The position numbers and the translations under genes are program-made. This document shows positions 62,333 through 64,000 of a stretch of DNA of 64,000 nucleotides, one piece after another. Source of the stretch: the human T2T-CHM13v2.0 reference genome, Homo sapiens; the NCBI RefSeq assembly GCF_009914755.1, contig NC_060929.1. One strand, 5' to 3'. The notes beneath the pieces were generated by a model. The model was not told where the DNA came from. It searched no databases and worked only from the letters and a program-made list of their open reading frames with translations. Within the stretch, counting starts at the first letter, position 1. Each line of letters begins with the position of its first letter.

Positions 62333-64000
62333 TACCCCGCAAAAATATTTACCATTATTCCTTATATGGAGAATAACCCAAAGGGATCTTAGGGGATGGA
62401 TAGTAAGTGTGTCAGAGTGTGAACTTAAAAGCTTAAGATCAATGAGAACTTCTCTGTTGCTGAAAATGAATTGGAAGGCATTCTAGATGATAACGGTATT
62501 AAGCCGAATACTTTTCATTTTAGCACACACAGATCTCAAATATGTTGGTCATGTAGAATTCCTTTTGGTATCATCAAGAGTCTATTAAAATGTTATCTAC
62601 TTGAACTCTGCTCATTTTGAAGTTAAAGATAATTCACCTGGAATGGGCTGATGTTTGCCTATGTATAAATAGACAAAGAAAGCATGTTAATCATAGGAAT
62701 TCTGGATAATGTATCAGAAGAATGTTTCATTTCTGCTTATAAATTAGTAATAAATAATAATGTGGGACTTGAAAAAAATAAAACTGCATTTCTTTTTTCT
62801 GTGGTTTAGACTCTCTGGTTCAAACAGGTCTTCCTCACTAAATTATTAGTAAACCTACTGAAGTGCCGGGCCCAACCAAGTAATCCACATCTCTAGTAAA
62901 ATTTTTGCATCTGAAGGCTCAGCCTTTAATTCTTCAATTCGAAATTAATATATTTATCCTTCCATCACTGTCTCCCACGGATTTTGAGAATTAATTAGAA
63001 ACAAAATCACTTTCAGTCCTTGGATGTTACATTCTGTGCTGAAAAAATATGAGATACTGAAGTGTTATTAATAATGACAAAGATTCATCCAATAAAATAA
63101 TCCGGCTGGCTGAATTCTCACATGGTTGGTATTTTCTAATATAAATTACTGTAGGATTAGATAGTTAAATATTGAATATTGTCTCATTTAATGCAGTTCC
63201 ATGAAATATTAATGATAATGATGGTTCTCCAGTTTGGGGAATTCGGAGATGGTTTTTTACCGACTAATAGCTTTGGCCGGTAACATAATACATTTTACAA
63301 AATGATAATGAAGATATTTAAATGAAGGTGAAACAGGAAATAAATGTCCACTAAACTTATAGATTTCAAATAGGTCAACTGTCACAAAAATTTTTTACTT
63401 TTCTGTTAAATAGTTTACTTTCTATTCTAACAACAACACTGTGATCATTTTTTGATAGCTTTGAGAATTTGTTAAAAAGAACAGATCTACGCTATTAGAC
63501 TGTTGAAGAGAAGAGCTGTTGATGTTGTTTAGTTGGCATGAGGTGTAAAAGTCTGAAAATTGGATTGGGCTTTGAAAGAAGGCTCATCATGTTGAGTGTG
63601 ACAGTTGGATTGGGATTGTGCATGAAGTTAAAAAAGAAAGAAAGCAAAAGAGAAAAAAAGGAAAGAGTGAAAGAGAGAATGAAAGATAAATATTGATAGA
63701 ATAGTCCAACTAGAATGCCTGAGGCCTGCTTGGAATTGAATTTTGAATGCATAGAACAAAAATGTTTCAATTAAGTCTTTTAGTTCAAGTTGTTTGGTTT
63801 GGTGTTTTGATTTTTTTTTTTTTTTTCCAAATCTTCCTTTTCTGACTTTTCTTCATGTTCTTGATTCTGTGAGTTTGTATCTCAAAGTAGGGGATGAAAA
63901 ACTAATGACAAATAGAGAAGTGACTGTTGTTGAAACACTTTGTCATGAATAGAGAATAAGAACATATACCAGTACATCAAATTGATTTAAATTGGATATT

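Overview
This is human genomic DNA: a human-specific L1HS pre-Ta element and Alu/LTR12/MER/MIR/L2 repeats are present. Bases 1-51 kb are repeat-rich, apparently intergenic sequence. At about 51.1-52.2 kb there is a CpG-island promoter and first exon on the + strand, followed by a repeat-poor presumed first intron. I cannot name the gene from sequence alone. The only recognisable proteins come from a full-length LINE-1 at 39401-45449 (- strand, 17-bp TSD), which has an intact ORF1, an ORF2 broken by a 2-bp deletion, and an intact antisense ORF0. The other ORFs in the track look like repeat-derived or random noise. I see no prokaryote-style novel system. The best leads are: (i) the L1 antisense promoter/ORF0 pointing at the gene promoter 6 kb downstream; (ii) a (CAG)3(CAC)3(CAG)14 tract in the first exon that reads as poly-Ala in an 80-aa, strong-Kozak ORF whose stop codon overlaps a splice donor; (iii) an Alu array showing a local duplication; (iv) possible ancient amniote SINE remnants. 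Repeat subfamily names come from remembered consensus sequences, and boundaries of old repeats are approximate.
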